A stretch of 64,000 bases of DNA from an uncultured Algibacter sp. Its GTDB lineage: Bacteria > Bacteroidota > Bacteroidia > Flavobacteriales > Flavobacteriaceae. The DNA lies in NCBI RefSeq assembly GCF_947499935.1, contig NZ_CANMQH010000015.1, one strand, 5' to 3'. The first letter of the stretch is position 1. Each line of letters begins with the position of its first letter. Below are positions 19,453-28,482 of this stretch, piece after piece. The notes under the pieces are model-generated. The model worked only from the letters and a program-made list of their open reading frames with translations, did no database searches and was not told the DNA's origin. Both the position numbers and the translations under genes were made by a program.

Positions 19453-20412
19453 ATGAAAAAAACAACCAACCTTTGTTTAGTGATTCTTTTTTTAGTAGGA
19501 ATTAGCTGTAAAAACGAAACAAAAAATAAAGAAGTGATAAAAGACACTCAAACTGAAATTAAAACACCTTTTTTTAAGTTGTCTTTAGCTCAATGGTCTT
19601 TGCATAAGTATGTAAATGAAGAAAAAAAATCACCGTTCCATTTTGCATCTCAAGCAAAATCTATGGGATTTGAAGGTGTAGAATATGTGTCTCAATTATA
19701 TACAGCAGAAATTGAGAAGCTAGGCTTTGATGCCGTAATAGATTCATTAGGCGCTTTAAGTAAAGCGCATAAAATTGCTAATGTTTTAATTATGATTGAT
19801 AATGAAGGTGATTTAGCAAATCCTGATGAAGCTAAAAGAAATGAAGCAGTAGAAAAACATAAAAAATGGGTTGATGCTGCTCAAAAATTAGGATGTCACG
19901 CAATACGTGTTAATACTTTTGGTACAAACAATCCAGAAATATGGGCAGTAACAGTTGTTGATGGACTTAAAAAACTATCAGCTTATGCTAAGACTAAAAA
20001 TATAAATGTATTATGCGAAAATCATGGTTGGTTATCAAGCGATGCGGATAAATTAGTAAAAGCAGTAAATGATGTTAATATGGATAATTGCGGTACACTT
20101 CCAGATTTTGGAAACTGGTGTGTAAAACGTAAAGATAACCAACGTTGGGGAGCATGTGAAATAGAGTATCCAGATAAATATAAAGGTCTAGAATTAATGA
20201 TGCCAAATGCTAAAGGAGTTAGTGCAAAGTCTTATGCTTTTGATGCAGATGGTAATGAAACGACACTAGATTATACAAGAATGCTTCAAATAGTAAATAA
20301 AGCAGGCTATAAAGGCTATATAGGTGTTGAATTTGAAGGCGATATGGATGCCAATGAAGGCATAAGGGCAACAAGAGATTTACTTATAAATTCAACAAAA
20401 AAAATAAACTAA
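19453..20412 (+). CDS. exported sugar phosphate isomerase/epimerase-family protein (xylose isomerase-like TIM barrel), lipoprotein signal
   Basis: MKKTTNLCLVILFLVGISC lipobox at the ATG at 19453, followed by TIM-barrel blocks (GFEGVEY, AIRVNTFG, LCENHG, GVEFEG). Confidence 0.75.
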   Translation: MKKTTNLCLVILFLVGISCKNETKNKEVIKDTQTEIKTPFFKLSLAQWSLHKYVNEEKKSPFHFASQAKSMGFEGVEYVSQLYTAEIEKLGFDAVIDSLGALSKAHKIANVLIMIDNEGDLANPDEAKRNEAVEKHKKWVDAAQKLGCHAIRVNTFGTNNPEIWAVTVVDGLKKLSAYAKTKNINVLCENHGWLSSDADKLVKAVNDVNMDNCGTLPDFGNWCVKRKDNQRWGACEIEYPDKYKGLELMMPNAKGVSAKSYAFDADGNETTLDYTRMLQIVNKAGYKGYIGVEFEGDMDANEGIRATRDLLINSTKKIN

Positions 20413-20422
20413 CTATTCTAAT

Positions 20423-21652
20423 ATGAAAAAAGCTACAAAACATCAATTATCATTAATGATGTTCCTTGAATTTTTTATTTGGGGTGGATGGTTCGTTACA
20501 ATGGGCACCTTTTTAGGAAGTAATTTAAGTGCATCTGGTGCAGAAACAGGAATGGCGTATTCAACGCAATCTTGGGGAGCAATAATAGCTCCTTTTATTA
20601 TTGGCCTTATTGCCGATCGTTATTTTAATGCAGAAAAAATCCTTGGTGTGTTACATCTTTTTGGAGCTGTATTAATGTATATGATGTCTCAAGCAATAGA
20701 TTTTGCTGGTTTTTATCCTTATGTATTAGGTTATATGATTGCTTATATGCCAACCTTGGCGTTAGTAAATTCTGTGTCCTTTAATCAAATGGACGATCCT
20801 GCAAAACAATTTCCATTAGTTAGAGTCTGGGGAACAATAGGTTGGATACTTGCAGGTTTAGCAATTAGTTTTCTTTTTAAATGGGATTCTGAAGCTAATA
20901 TTGCAAAAGGAATGTTGTCTAATACCTTTATAATGGTAGCAATAGCGTCTGCAATTTTGGGTGTGTTTAGTTTCTTTTTACCTAAAACACCACCAACAGC
21001 AAATAGAAGTAAAAAAGCATCAATTTCGGATATCTTAGGTTTAGATGCTTTAAGGTTATTAAAGGATAGAAATTTTTTAATGTTCTTTTTATCATCATTT
21101 TTAATCTGTATTCCATTAGCTTTTTACTATCAAAATATTAGTTTGTTTTTAACAGAGTATAAAGTTGAAAATTCGACTGCTTGGGCTTCTTTAGGTCAAA
21201 TTTCTGAAGTCGCATTTATGCTATTATTACCATTTTTTTTCAAAAAATATGACTTTAAAAAAACGGTGTTATTTGGAATGTTAGCTTGGGCAATTCGTTA
21301 TGTACTATTTGCTTATGGTAATGGCGGAGATTTATTTTTTATGCTAGTAACAGGTATCGCATTACATGGCATTTGTTATGATTTCTTCTTTGTGTCTGGA
21401 CAAATTTATACAGATTCTAAAGCAGGTGAAAAGGTGAAAAGTGCGGCGCAAGGACTAATAACATTAGCAACTTACGGTATTGGTATGTTAGTTGGTTTTT
21501 GGGTAGCAGGAAAAATTGCAGATAGTAATGTCGTTAGCGAAGGTACACACGGTTGGGAATCTATTTGGATATTTCCCGCATTATTTGCAGCTGGTGTTTT
21601 GGTGCTATTCGCTTTACTATTTAAAAACGAAAAAATAGAATACAAATCTTAA
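20423..21652 (+). CDS. MFS transporter, nucleoside:H+ symporter (NHS) family
   Basis: 409 aa with 12 TM segments and a NupG/YegT-like N-terminus (LSLMMFLEFFIWGGWFVTMGTFL). Confidence 0.8.
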   Translation: MKKATKHQLSLMMFLEFFIWGGWFVTMGTFLGSNLSASGAETGMAYSTQSWGAIIAPFIIGLIADRYFNAEKILGVLHLFGAVLMYMMSQAIDFAGFYPYVLGYMIAYMPTLALVNSVSFNQMDDPAKQFPLVRVWGTIGWILAGLAISFLFKWDSEANIAKGMLSNTFIMVAIASAILGVFSFFLPKTPPTANRSKKASISDILGLDALRLLKDRNFLMFFLSSFLICIPLAFYYQNISLFLTEYKVENSTAWASLGQISEVAFMLLLPFFFKKYDFKKTVLFGMLAWAIRYVLFAYGNGGDLFFMLVTGIALHGICYDFFFVSGQIYTDSKAGEKVKSAAQGLITLATYGIGMLVGFWVAGKIADSNVVSEGTHGWESIWIFPALFAAGVLVLFALLFKNEKIEYKS

Positions 21653-21658
21653 AAACAA

Positions 21659-22804
21659 ATGAGTTCTAAAATAAGATTAGGTATATTAGGTGGTGGCGGA
21701 GATTCATTAATAGGTGTATTACACCGTGTCGCCTCTACGATGTACGATAAATATCAAGTTGTTGGTGGTGTTTTTAGTTCAAATTTAAAAGAAAACATTG
21801 GTTTTGCTAAAAAAATAGGTCTACCAACAAATAGAATCTATGAAGATTTTGATACGCTTATTGCTGAAGAGTTAAAACGCTCTGAAAATGAAAGAATGCA
21901 AGTCGTGTCTATATTGACACCAAATTTTTTGCATTTTCCTATGGCTAAAAAACTGTTAGAAAACGGATTTAATGTCATTTGCGAAAAACCAATGACAACC
22001 ACTTATGCAGAAGCAGCTATTTTAAACGAAATCTTAAAGAAAGCAAAAACAGTATTCGCTGTTACCTATACGTACACAGGCTATCCAATGATTCGTCAAA
22101 TGCGAGAAATGATAAAAAATGGAGCACTTGGAAACATTCAAAAAGTAGATGCGCAATATTATCAAGGATGGATAAATCCCATCATTCACGATAAAAGCAA
22201 ACGTTCAAGCACTTGGCGTTTAAATCCAGAAAAATCTGGAATTAGTTGTTGTATTGGCGATATTGGTACACATGCTTTTGATATGTTAGAATATGTGTCT
22301 GGTGTAAAAATAGAATCTGTTTTGGCAGATTTAAATTACCTGTATTCAGATAATAAAATGGATATAGATGGTACCGTTTTATTGCGTTGCAGTAATAATG
22401 TAAAAGGTGTTATTTGCGCAAGCCAGATTGCAACAGGCGAAGAAAATAGCTTTGTAGTAAAAGTATATGGCGATAAAGCAGGTGTGAAATGGGAACAAGA
22501 AAACCCTAATTATCTCTATTTAATGCAAGATGGAAAACCACTTCAAGTATTTAAACCAGGTCATGATTATAACAGTGCCTTATCTTTAGATGGTACAAAA
22601 TTACCACCAGGACATCCTGAAGGTATTTTTGATTCTATGGGAAATATATATAAAGGTGTTGCAAAAGCGATTAATAAAGAACCATATAACTCAGGAGAAT
22701 TCCCGACCATGATTGATGGTGTACGCGGTATGAGTTTTATAGAAAAAGCAGTAGAATCTCATCAAAACGGAAACGTTTGGGTAAATATAGATACGGTAGA
22801 TTAA
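21659..22804 (+). CDS. Gfo/Idh/MocA-family NAD(P)-dependent oxidoreductase
   Basis: N-terminal Rossmann segment (IRLGILGGGGDSLIG), the EKP motif (ICEKPMT), and a C-terminal alpha/beta domain. Confidence 0.85.
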   Translation: MSSKIRLGILGGGGDSLIGVLHRVASTMYDKYQVVGGVFSSNLKENIGFAKKIGLPTNRIYEDFDTLIAEELKRSENERMQVVSILTPNFLHFPMAKKLLENGFNVICEKPMTTTYAEAAILNEILKKAKTVFAVTYTYTGYPMIRQMREMIKNGALGNIQKVDAQYYQGWINPIIHDKSKRSSTWRLNPEKSGISCCIGDIGTHAFDMLEYVSGVKIESVLADLNYLYSDNKMDIDGTVLLRCSNNVKGVICASQIATGEENSFVVKVYGDKAGVKWEQENPNYLYLMQDGKPLQVFKPGHDYNSALSLDGTKLPPGHPEGIFDSMGNIYKGVAKAINKEPYNSGEFPTMIDGVRGMSFIEKAVESHQNGNVWVNIDTVD

Positions 22805-23859
22805 TGAAAACAATAAAAGGACCAGCTATATTTTTAGCGCAATTTATGGATGATAAAGCACCATTTAATTCATTAGATGGATTATGTAAATGGGCTTCAG
22901 ATTTGGGCTATAAAGGTGTTCAAATACCAACCTTAGATAAGTCGATAATTGATTTGGATATCGCTGCAGATAGTCAAACGTATTGCGACGAATTTAAAGG
23001 AAAAATAAACAGCTACGGACTAGAAATTACAGAACTATCAACACATATTCAAGGTCAGTTAGTTGCTGTACATCCTGCACACGATATAATGTTTGATGTG
23101 TTTGCACCAGAACATTTAAAAGGCAAATATAAAGAACGAACAGCTTGGGCTATAGACCAAATGCATAAAGCAGGAAAAACAAGTAATCGCTTAGGTTTAA
23201 AAGCTCACGCCACATTTTCTGGCTCACTATTATGGCCAGCAATGCATCCTTGGCCACAACAACCAAAAGGTTTAGTTGATTTAGGTTTTAAAGAATTAGC
23301 AAATAGATGGAAACCTATTTTAAACACCTTTGAAGAAAATGGTGTAGCAGTTTGTTACGAAGTGCACCCGGTGGAAGATATTCACGATGGCGATACCTTC
23401 GAGCGTTTTCTGGCAGCAACCGGAAACCATAAAGCAGTAAACATGCTTTATGATCCATCGCACTTTGTATTACAGCAATTAGATTATGTAAAATATATAG
23501 ACCATTATCACGAGTTTATAAAAGCGTTTCACGTTAAAGATTCAGAATTTAATCCATCTGGAAAAAAAGGAATGTTTGGCGGTTATAACGATTGGAAAAA
23601 TAGAGCAGGACGTTATCGTTCTCTTGGTGATGGACAAATAGACTTTAAAAAAGTGTTTTCAAAATTAACCGAATATGGTTGCGATGTTTGGGCAGTTTTA
23701 GAATGGGAATGTGTTATTAAAAGCCCAGAACAAGGTGCTCGTGAAGGTGTCGATTTTATAAAAAAACATATTATTGAAACAACAGATAAACGCTTTGATG
23801 ATTTTGCTGGAAGCGATACTACAGACGAAAAATACTTAAAACAAATTTTAGGATTATAG
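22804..23859 (+). CDS. cytoplasmic sugar phosphate isomerase/epimerase-family protein (TIM barrel)
   Basis: The ATG at 22804 overlaps the upstream TAA (TAATG). The family pattern is MKTIKGPAIFLAQF..., GYKGVQIP, YEVHP, LEWEC. Confidence 0.75.
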   Translation: MKTIKGPAIFLAQFMDDKAPFNSLDGLCKWASDLGYKGVQIPTLDKSIIDLDIAADSQTYCDEFKGKINSYGLEITELSTHIQGQLVAVHPAHDIMFDVFAPEHLKGKYKERTAWAIDQMHKAGKTSNRLGLKAHATFSGSLLWPAMHPWPQQPKGLVDLGFKELANRWKPILNTFEENGVAVCYEVHPVEDIHDGDTFERFLAATGNHKAVNMLYDPSHFVLQQLDYVKYIDHYHEFIKAFHVKDSEFNPSGKKGMFGGYNDWKNRAGRYRSLGDGQIDFKKVFSKLTEYGCDVWAVLEWECVIKSPEQGAREGVDFIKKHIIETTDKRFDDFAGSDTTDEKYLKQILGL

Positions 23860-23871
23860 AATAAAAGATAA

Positions 23872-24108
23872 GTATCAGTACTAGAATTTAGTGCTGCTCT
23901 TTTTCTAGAAGCATCTTCGGAGAAGGCTACATTTAGTGTCCAATGCAGTTTGTTTTCTATAGACGAATGTGAGCGTACTTTAGTTTGAAATTCTTTGGCA
24001 TCGTTTTGTAAACTAGAAATATAATAACGTGTTGCTATTTCTATAGGTTTATCACTATTTTTAAACTCACGAATACTTTCTATTTTGATTATACTATGTA
24101 GATTTCTT
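23872..24108 (-). pseudogene. ISAs1-family transposase C-terminal fragment
   Basis: My minus-strand translation reads RNLHSIIKIESIREFKNSDKPIEIATRYYISSLQNDAKEFQTKVRSHSSIENKLHWTLNVAFSEDASRKRAAALNSSTD. This matches the ISAs1 signature (RYYISSL...SHWSIENKLHW.LDVAF.ED.SR.R). A TGA lies just upstream and there is no N-terminal part. Confidence 0.75.
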
Positions 24109-24298
24109 CACCCATTATCCTTTTTAATATAGTAAGTCCACTAAAAAATGAAACCCAAAAAAAAAGAAAGTTCAAACAGCACCTTTTGCAACGGTCTTTA
24201 ATTGTATTTGTGTTTATAAACTCATTCCACTTCAATCAGTAGTAGCCGTAAATGTCAAACCATTTTTGCTATCTTTGAAGCAACTTTACAAACACATT

Positions 24299-25759
24299 AT
24301 GAACTCAGAAATAAGACAACTTCAACCCCAACAACTTTGGAATAAATTTGCCGATTTAAATGCCGTACCCAGACCTTCAAAAAAAGAGGAACGCGTAATA
24401 GCATTCATGAAAGATTTTGGTAAAAAATTAGGTTTAGAAACCATAGAAGATGAAGTTGGTAACGTTATCATAAAAAAACCAGCAACTGCTGGAATGGAAA
24501 ACAGAACAACCGTTGTTATGCAGTCGCATCTAGATATGGTGCACCAAAAAAATAGCGATACAGACTTTAATTTTGATACTCAAGGTATAGAAATGTATGT
24601 AGATGGCGATTGGGTAAAGGCTAAAGGTACAACACTTGGTGCCGATAATGGATTGGGTGTAGCTACTATAATGGCTGTTTTAGAGAGTACAGACATTGCG
24701 CATCCAGCCATAGAAGCTTTGTTTACCATAGATGAAGAAACAGGCATGACAGGTGCTATGGGGTTAAAAGGCGGATTACTAACAGGAGGTATTTTATTAA
24801 ATTTAGATACCGAAGAAGATGACGAAATTGGCGTAGGTTGTGCAGGTGGTATAGATGTAACGGCTACTAGAACGTATCATGAAGAAGAAACACCAGAATT
24901 TAAAATAGGTTATACTATTACCGTTAAAGGTTTACAGGGTGGGCATTCAGGAATGCAAATTCATGAAGGCTTAGGTAATGCTAATAAAATAATGAACCGT
25001 TTGTTATTTGATGGGTTTGAAAATTTTGGTTTACGCATTTCCGAAATCGATGGCGGTAGCTTACGTAATGCTATCCCTAGAGAAAGTAAAGCCATAGTCG
25101 CTATAGATGCTATACACGAAGATGCTTTTTTAATGGAAATGGCATTAATGTCAACCACCATTAAAAAGGAATTAAAAACCATGGAGCCCGATTTAGAGAT
25201 TGCGATTGATGCTTGTGAAAGCCCAAAATCAATTATGGATTTAGGCGTTCAAGAAGGTATTACAAGAGCTATTTACGCAGCATTAAATGGGGTTTATAGA
25301 ATGAGTGCCGATATATCCGATTTAGTAGAAACCTCTAATAATATAGCCAGAGTTATTATTAAAAACGGAAACATAAAAATAGGGTGTTTAACACGTTCGT
25401 CTGTAGAAAGCGCTAAAATTGATTTAGCTAATACGCTGCGTGCTACATTTGAATTAACAGGCTGTGAAGTAGAATTATCTGGAGATTACCCGGGGTGGAC
25501 ACCTAATATGGATTCTGCTATTTTAAAAGTAATGGCAAAACTATATGAAGATTTAAATGGACAAAAACCACATGTAGCAGCCTGTCATGCTGGATTAGAA
25601 TGTGGTATTCTTGGTCAAAATTATCCAGACATGGATATGATTAGTTTTGGCCCTAACATTAAAGGCGCGCACTCACCCGATGAACGTGCTCAAATTTCGT
25701 CTGCTCAAAAATATTGGACATTTGTTTTAGAGATTTTGAAGTCAATTCCTAAAAATTAA
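24299..25759 (+). CDS. pepD: aminoacyl-histidine dipeptidase (M20C, PepD)
   Basis: QPQQLWNKFADLNAVPRPSKKEERV N-terminus with HLDMV, GADNGLG and DEETGMTGA metal-ligand blocks. The ATG at 24299 is preferred. A TAtcTTTG -7-like box lies at 24270-24277. Confidence 0.9.
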   Translation: MNSEIRQLQPQQLWNKFADLNAVPRPSKKEERVIAFMKDFGKKLGLETIEDEVGNVIIKKPATAGMENRTTVVMQSHLDMVHQKNSDTDFNFDTQGIEMYVDGDWVKAKGTTLGADNGLGVATIMAVLESTDIAHPAIEALFTIDEETGMTGAMGLKGGLLTGGILLNLDTEEDDEIGVGCAGGIDVTATRTYHEEETPEFKIGYTITVKGLQGGHSGMQIHEGLGNANKIMNRLLFDGFENFGLRISEIDGGSLRNAIPRESKAIVAIDAIHEDAFLMEMALMSTTIKKELKTMEPDLEIAIDACESPKSIMDLGVQEGITRAIYAALNGVYRMSADISDLVETSNNIARVIIKNGNIKIGCLTRSSVESAKIDLANTLRATFELTGCEVELSGDYPGWTPNMDSAILKVMAKLYEDLNGQKPHVAACHAGLECGILGQNYPDMDMISFGPNIKGAHSPDERAQISSAQKYWTFVLEILKSIPKN

Positions 25760-25976
25760 ATACATATAAAATGTATTTCATCGATATTATTTGTATTTAA
25801 TCTATTGTTTATATATTTTTGATGACGATATCAACAAAAACTTAAAAAAGCATTATTTATGTGAAACATAAAGTAAGCATCTCTCGCCTCTAAAAAGAAA
25901 CATTAAGAATAGTGCTTTTATTAGTAAAATTCAATTTTGAGAAATCTATAAGACATATTTAAAATTGTAAGTATAA

Positions 25977-26003
25977 AAAATCCCGCTTTTTCAGCGGGAT
26001 TTT
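25977..26003 (+). terminator. rho-independent (bidirectional-looking) terminator hairpin
   Basis: The sequence is aaaaTCCCGCT-ttttc-AGCGGGAtttt. It has a perfect 7-bp GC-rich stem extended by A/T pairs, an A-run upstream and a TTTTGTTTT run downstream. Confidence 0.7.
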
Positions 26004-26229
26004 GTTTTAATACCTAATGTCTTTAATTCACTTTTTATCAGATTCAGGGATTGCTCTCTGTTTTAATACCTCCCTAATAAAATACATTCATTTTTTTATT
26101 AATCAATTATATAGTGAGCTATTTTACAGTAAATTAAATAATAATATTTAAGAATAAGTAAAAATTTTGGTAGGGTATAAGTCTATTGGATTGTTTTAGG
26201 GTTGTAAAATTTTAAAACAAAACATTACC

Positions 26230-26817
26230 ATGAAAAAAATTGGTTTAAACATCATTATTGGGTTATTAACTATAGCATCATTAAATGCACAGGAAACATT
26301 AAGTGATAAAGAAGAAAGTTTATTAATGCCAAAGCATATCGTTAAAGTATTTCCTTTAGATTTACTGTATGGAGGCTTTGCTGTAGGTTATGAACGTGTT
26401 ATCAAACCTAAAACATCATTAAATTTTGAGTTGTTTCAGGGGTTTGGTAAACCAGAATTTGAAAATAGTATATCAGAAAAAAGTTATCGTTTATATTTTG
26501 AAACATCAGTAAGACGTTATATATCTAAACAAAAAAAAGCACCAGAAGGTTGGTTTTTAAGTGGAGGTTTGATTACACAGTATGACTATGATAAATTAAA
26601 GAATAAAACAAGTAGCTTAATTACAAACCGTGAGCGTCTAAGGTTTGGTGCATCTGGTAGAACTGGATATCAATGGCTATTTAAAAAAGGACTAAAAGGC
26701 TTCACTGCCGAAGTTATAGGAGGCTTTGACTTTAGGACAGTTTCAGGCCTATTTGATGGAGGTGGATCAACAGGTTATAACATTACTTTAAACGCTACCA
26801 TAGGATATTCTTGGTAA
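26230..26817 (+). CDS. small outer-membrane beta-barrel protein (family uncertain)
   Basis: Signal peptide (LTIASLNAQ), alternating hydrophobic strands and a C-terminal ...IGYSW aromatic terminus. Confidence 0.5.
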   Translation: MKKIGLNIIIGLLTIASLNAQETLSDKEESLLMPKHIVKVFPLDLLYGGFAVGYERVIKPKTSLNFELFQGFGKPEFENSISEKSYRLYFETSVRRYISKQKKAPEGWFLSGGLITQYDYDKLKNKTSSLITNRERLRFGASGRTGYQWLFKKGLKGFTAEVIGGFDFRTVSGLFDGGGSTGYNITLNATIGYSW

Positions 26818-26881
26818 TATTCATATTTATTTTAACTTTCAGTATAATGATTTAATATAACCGGACTCAAATTTTTTGAAA

Positions 26882-27400
26882 ATGCCAGAAAAAACAATTA
26901 GTGTTTGTGACAACAAAATATACGAGCAATTATACCGTGAGCATGCCGAAAAAATATGCTATTATCTCTATTATAAGTATGGAGATATGGATAAAGCTCA
27001 AGATATAGTACAAGACAGTTTTGCTAAATTATGGGTTAATTGTTCCAAAATTCTTTTTGTTGCCGTCAAAAGCTTTCTTTACAAAACAGCTAATAATGCT
27101 TCCATCAATGCTATAGTACATCAAAAAACAGTTTTAAAGTATAAAGACTCAAAGCAAAAAACATATACTAACGAATCGCCAGAGTTTAAGATGGAAGAAA
27201 AGGAATTTTTACATCGTCTAAATATGGCTATTTCGGGTTTAAAAGATGGACAACGTGAGGTTTTTCTTTTAAATAGAATCGAAAAAAAAACGTATAAGGA
27301 AATAGCAGAAATGCTAGAAATATCAGTTAAAGCGGTAGAAAAAAGAATGCATTTAGCATTAGTTATTTTAAGAAAGACTATTAAAACATCTAATTTTTAA
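26882..27400 (+). CDS. ECF-type RNA polymerase sigma-70 factor
   Basis: Region 2 (AQDIVQDSFAKLW) and region 4 HTH (TYKEIAEMLEISVKAVEKRM). It is followed by a FecR-like anti-sigma gene. Confidence 0.85.
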   Translation: MPEKTISVCDNKIYEQLYREHAEKICYYLYYKYGDMDKAQDIVQDSFAKLWVNCSKILFVAVKSFLYKTANNASINAIVHQKTVLKYKDSKQKTYTNESPEFKMEEKEFLHRLNMAISGLKDGQREVFLLNRIEKKTYKEIAEMLEISVKAVEKRMHLALVILRKTIKTSNF

Positions 27401-27403
27401 AGT

Positions 27404-27547
27404 ATGAATTTTTTAGATCAAGAACATCAAAATGAATTTTTGACTAAGTGGATATATGGAAAACTTACAGAAAAAGAACTTAATACGTTTGTCAACTCAA
27501 ACTTATATAAAAATTTAGTGTTTTCAACCTCATCTAACGATGACTAA
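27404..27547 (+). CDS. 47-aa mini-ORF resembling the N-terminal segment of the downstream FecR anti-sigma factor
   Basis: The ATG lies 3 nt after the sigma-gene stop. My translation is MNFLDQEHQNEFLTKWIYGKLTEKELNTFVNSNLYKNLVFSTSSNDD*. It aligns with FecR residues NNFLANWLSGNLTDEEREAFEKSDDYLAYKNIL. It is below the ORF-track length cut-off. Confidence 0.4.
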   Translation: MNFLDQEHQNEFLTKWIYGKLTEKELNTFVNSNLYKNLVFSTSSNDD

Positions 27548-27561
27548 ATAAAAGGAAACTT

Positions 27562-28482
27562 ATGAAAAAAGATATAAATAAAAATAATTTTCTAGCAAAT
27601 TGGTTGTCTGGTAATCTTACTGATGAAGAGCGAGAAGCCTTTGAAAAATCTGATGATTACCTAGCATATAAAAACATATTAATGGGTGTAGAACAATTGG
27701 ATAGACCTATTTTTGATGTAGAGCAAGGTTTTCAAAATCAAAAAAAATACAATGCATCGTTTAAGAAAAACAAAACACAAAACGTAATTAAATTGCGTAC
27801 TTGGTTATATAGTGCAGCTGCAATAGTTTTAGTTGTTTTTGGGCTTAAAACCCTTTACTTTCAAGACATTGTTATACAAACTCAAATGGCAGAAACACGA
27901 GTTGTTACGCTGCCTGATTATTCTGTAGTAACCCTTAATGCCGATTCTTTTTTAAAATATGATAAAGATGCTTTTATGGAACATAGAGCACTACAATTAA
28001 AAGGAGAAGCTTTTTTTGATGTTCAAAAAGGATCGGCATTTACGGTAAACACTAAAAATGGTAAGGTTACCGTTTTGGGGACAGAATTTGATGTGTACTC
28101 TAGAGATAAACAACTCGAAGTACATTGTTTTGAAGGTAAGGTAAGTGTAGCGAATACTAGTAATGAGGTGATACTTACTCAAGGAAAAGCTGTAAAATCC
28201 AATAAAAACAAAAGCTTGTCTATGTTTGATATTACTAATCTAAAACCAGATTGGTTACATGGAAAAAGTAGCTTTAATGCAGTGCCAATATCTCAACTTA
28301 TAAAAGAATTAGAAATACAGTACGATATTAAAATAAAAACAGGAAATGTAGATGTAAATAGACTATTTACGGGCTTTTTTGTTCATAATAATCTTGAAGC
28401 TGCTATGCGTTCAAGTTTTGACCCAATGAATATTAATTATACATTTGAACAAGAAAAAATAATAGCTTTAAAGAATAAGTGA
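27562..28482 (+). CDS. FecR-family anti-sigma factor / transmembrane sensor
   Basis: N-terminal W..G.LT..E motif, a single TM segment (WLYSAAAIVLVVFGL) and a FecR/DUF4974-like periplasmic domain. Confidence 0.85.
   Translation: MKKDINKNNFLANWLSGNLTDEEREAFEKSDDYLAYKNILMGVEQLDRPIFDVEQGFQNQKKYNASFKKNKTQNVIKLRTWLYSAAAIVLVVFGLKTLYFQDIVIQTQMAETRVVTLPDYSVVTLNADSFLKYDKDAFMEHRALQLKGEAFFDVQKGSAFTVNTKNGKVTVLGTEFDVYSRDKQLEVHCFEGKVSVANTSNEVILTQGKAVKSNKNKSLSMFDITNLKPDWLHGKSSFNAVPISQLIKELEIQYDIKIKTGNVDVNRLFTGFFVHNNLEAAMRSSFDPMNINYTFEQEKIIALKNK

Noticed and set aside
26002-26071. 13-nt direct repeat TGTTTTAATACCT (26002-26014 and 26059-26071) upstream of the OM barrel / ECF sigma genes, considered as a regulatory repeat
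   Set aside because: It is short, AT-rich, partly overlaps the terminator U-tract, and matches no known promoter or operator pattern.
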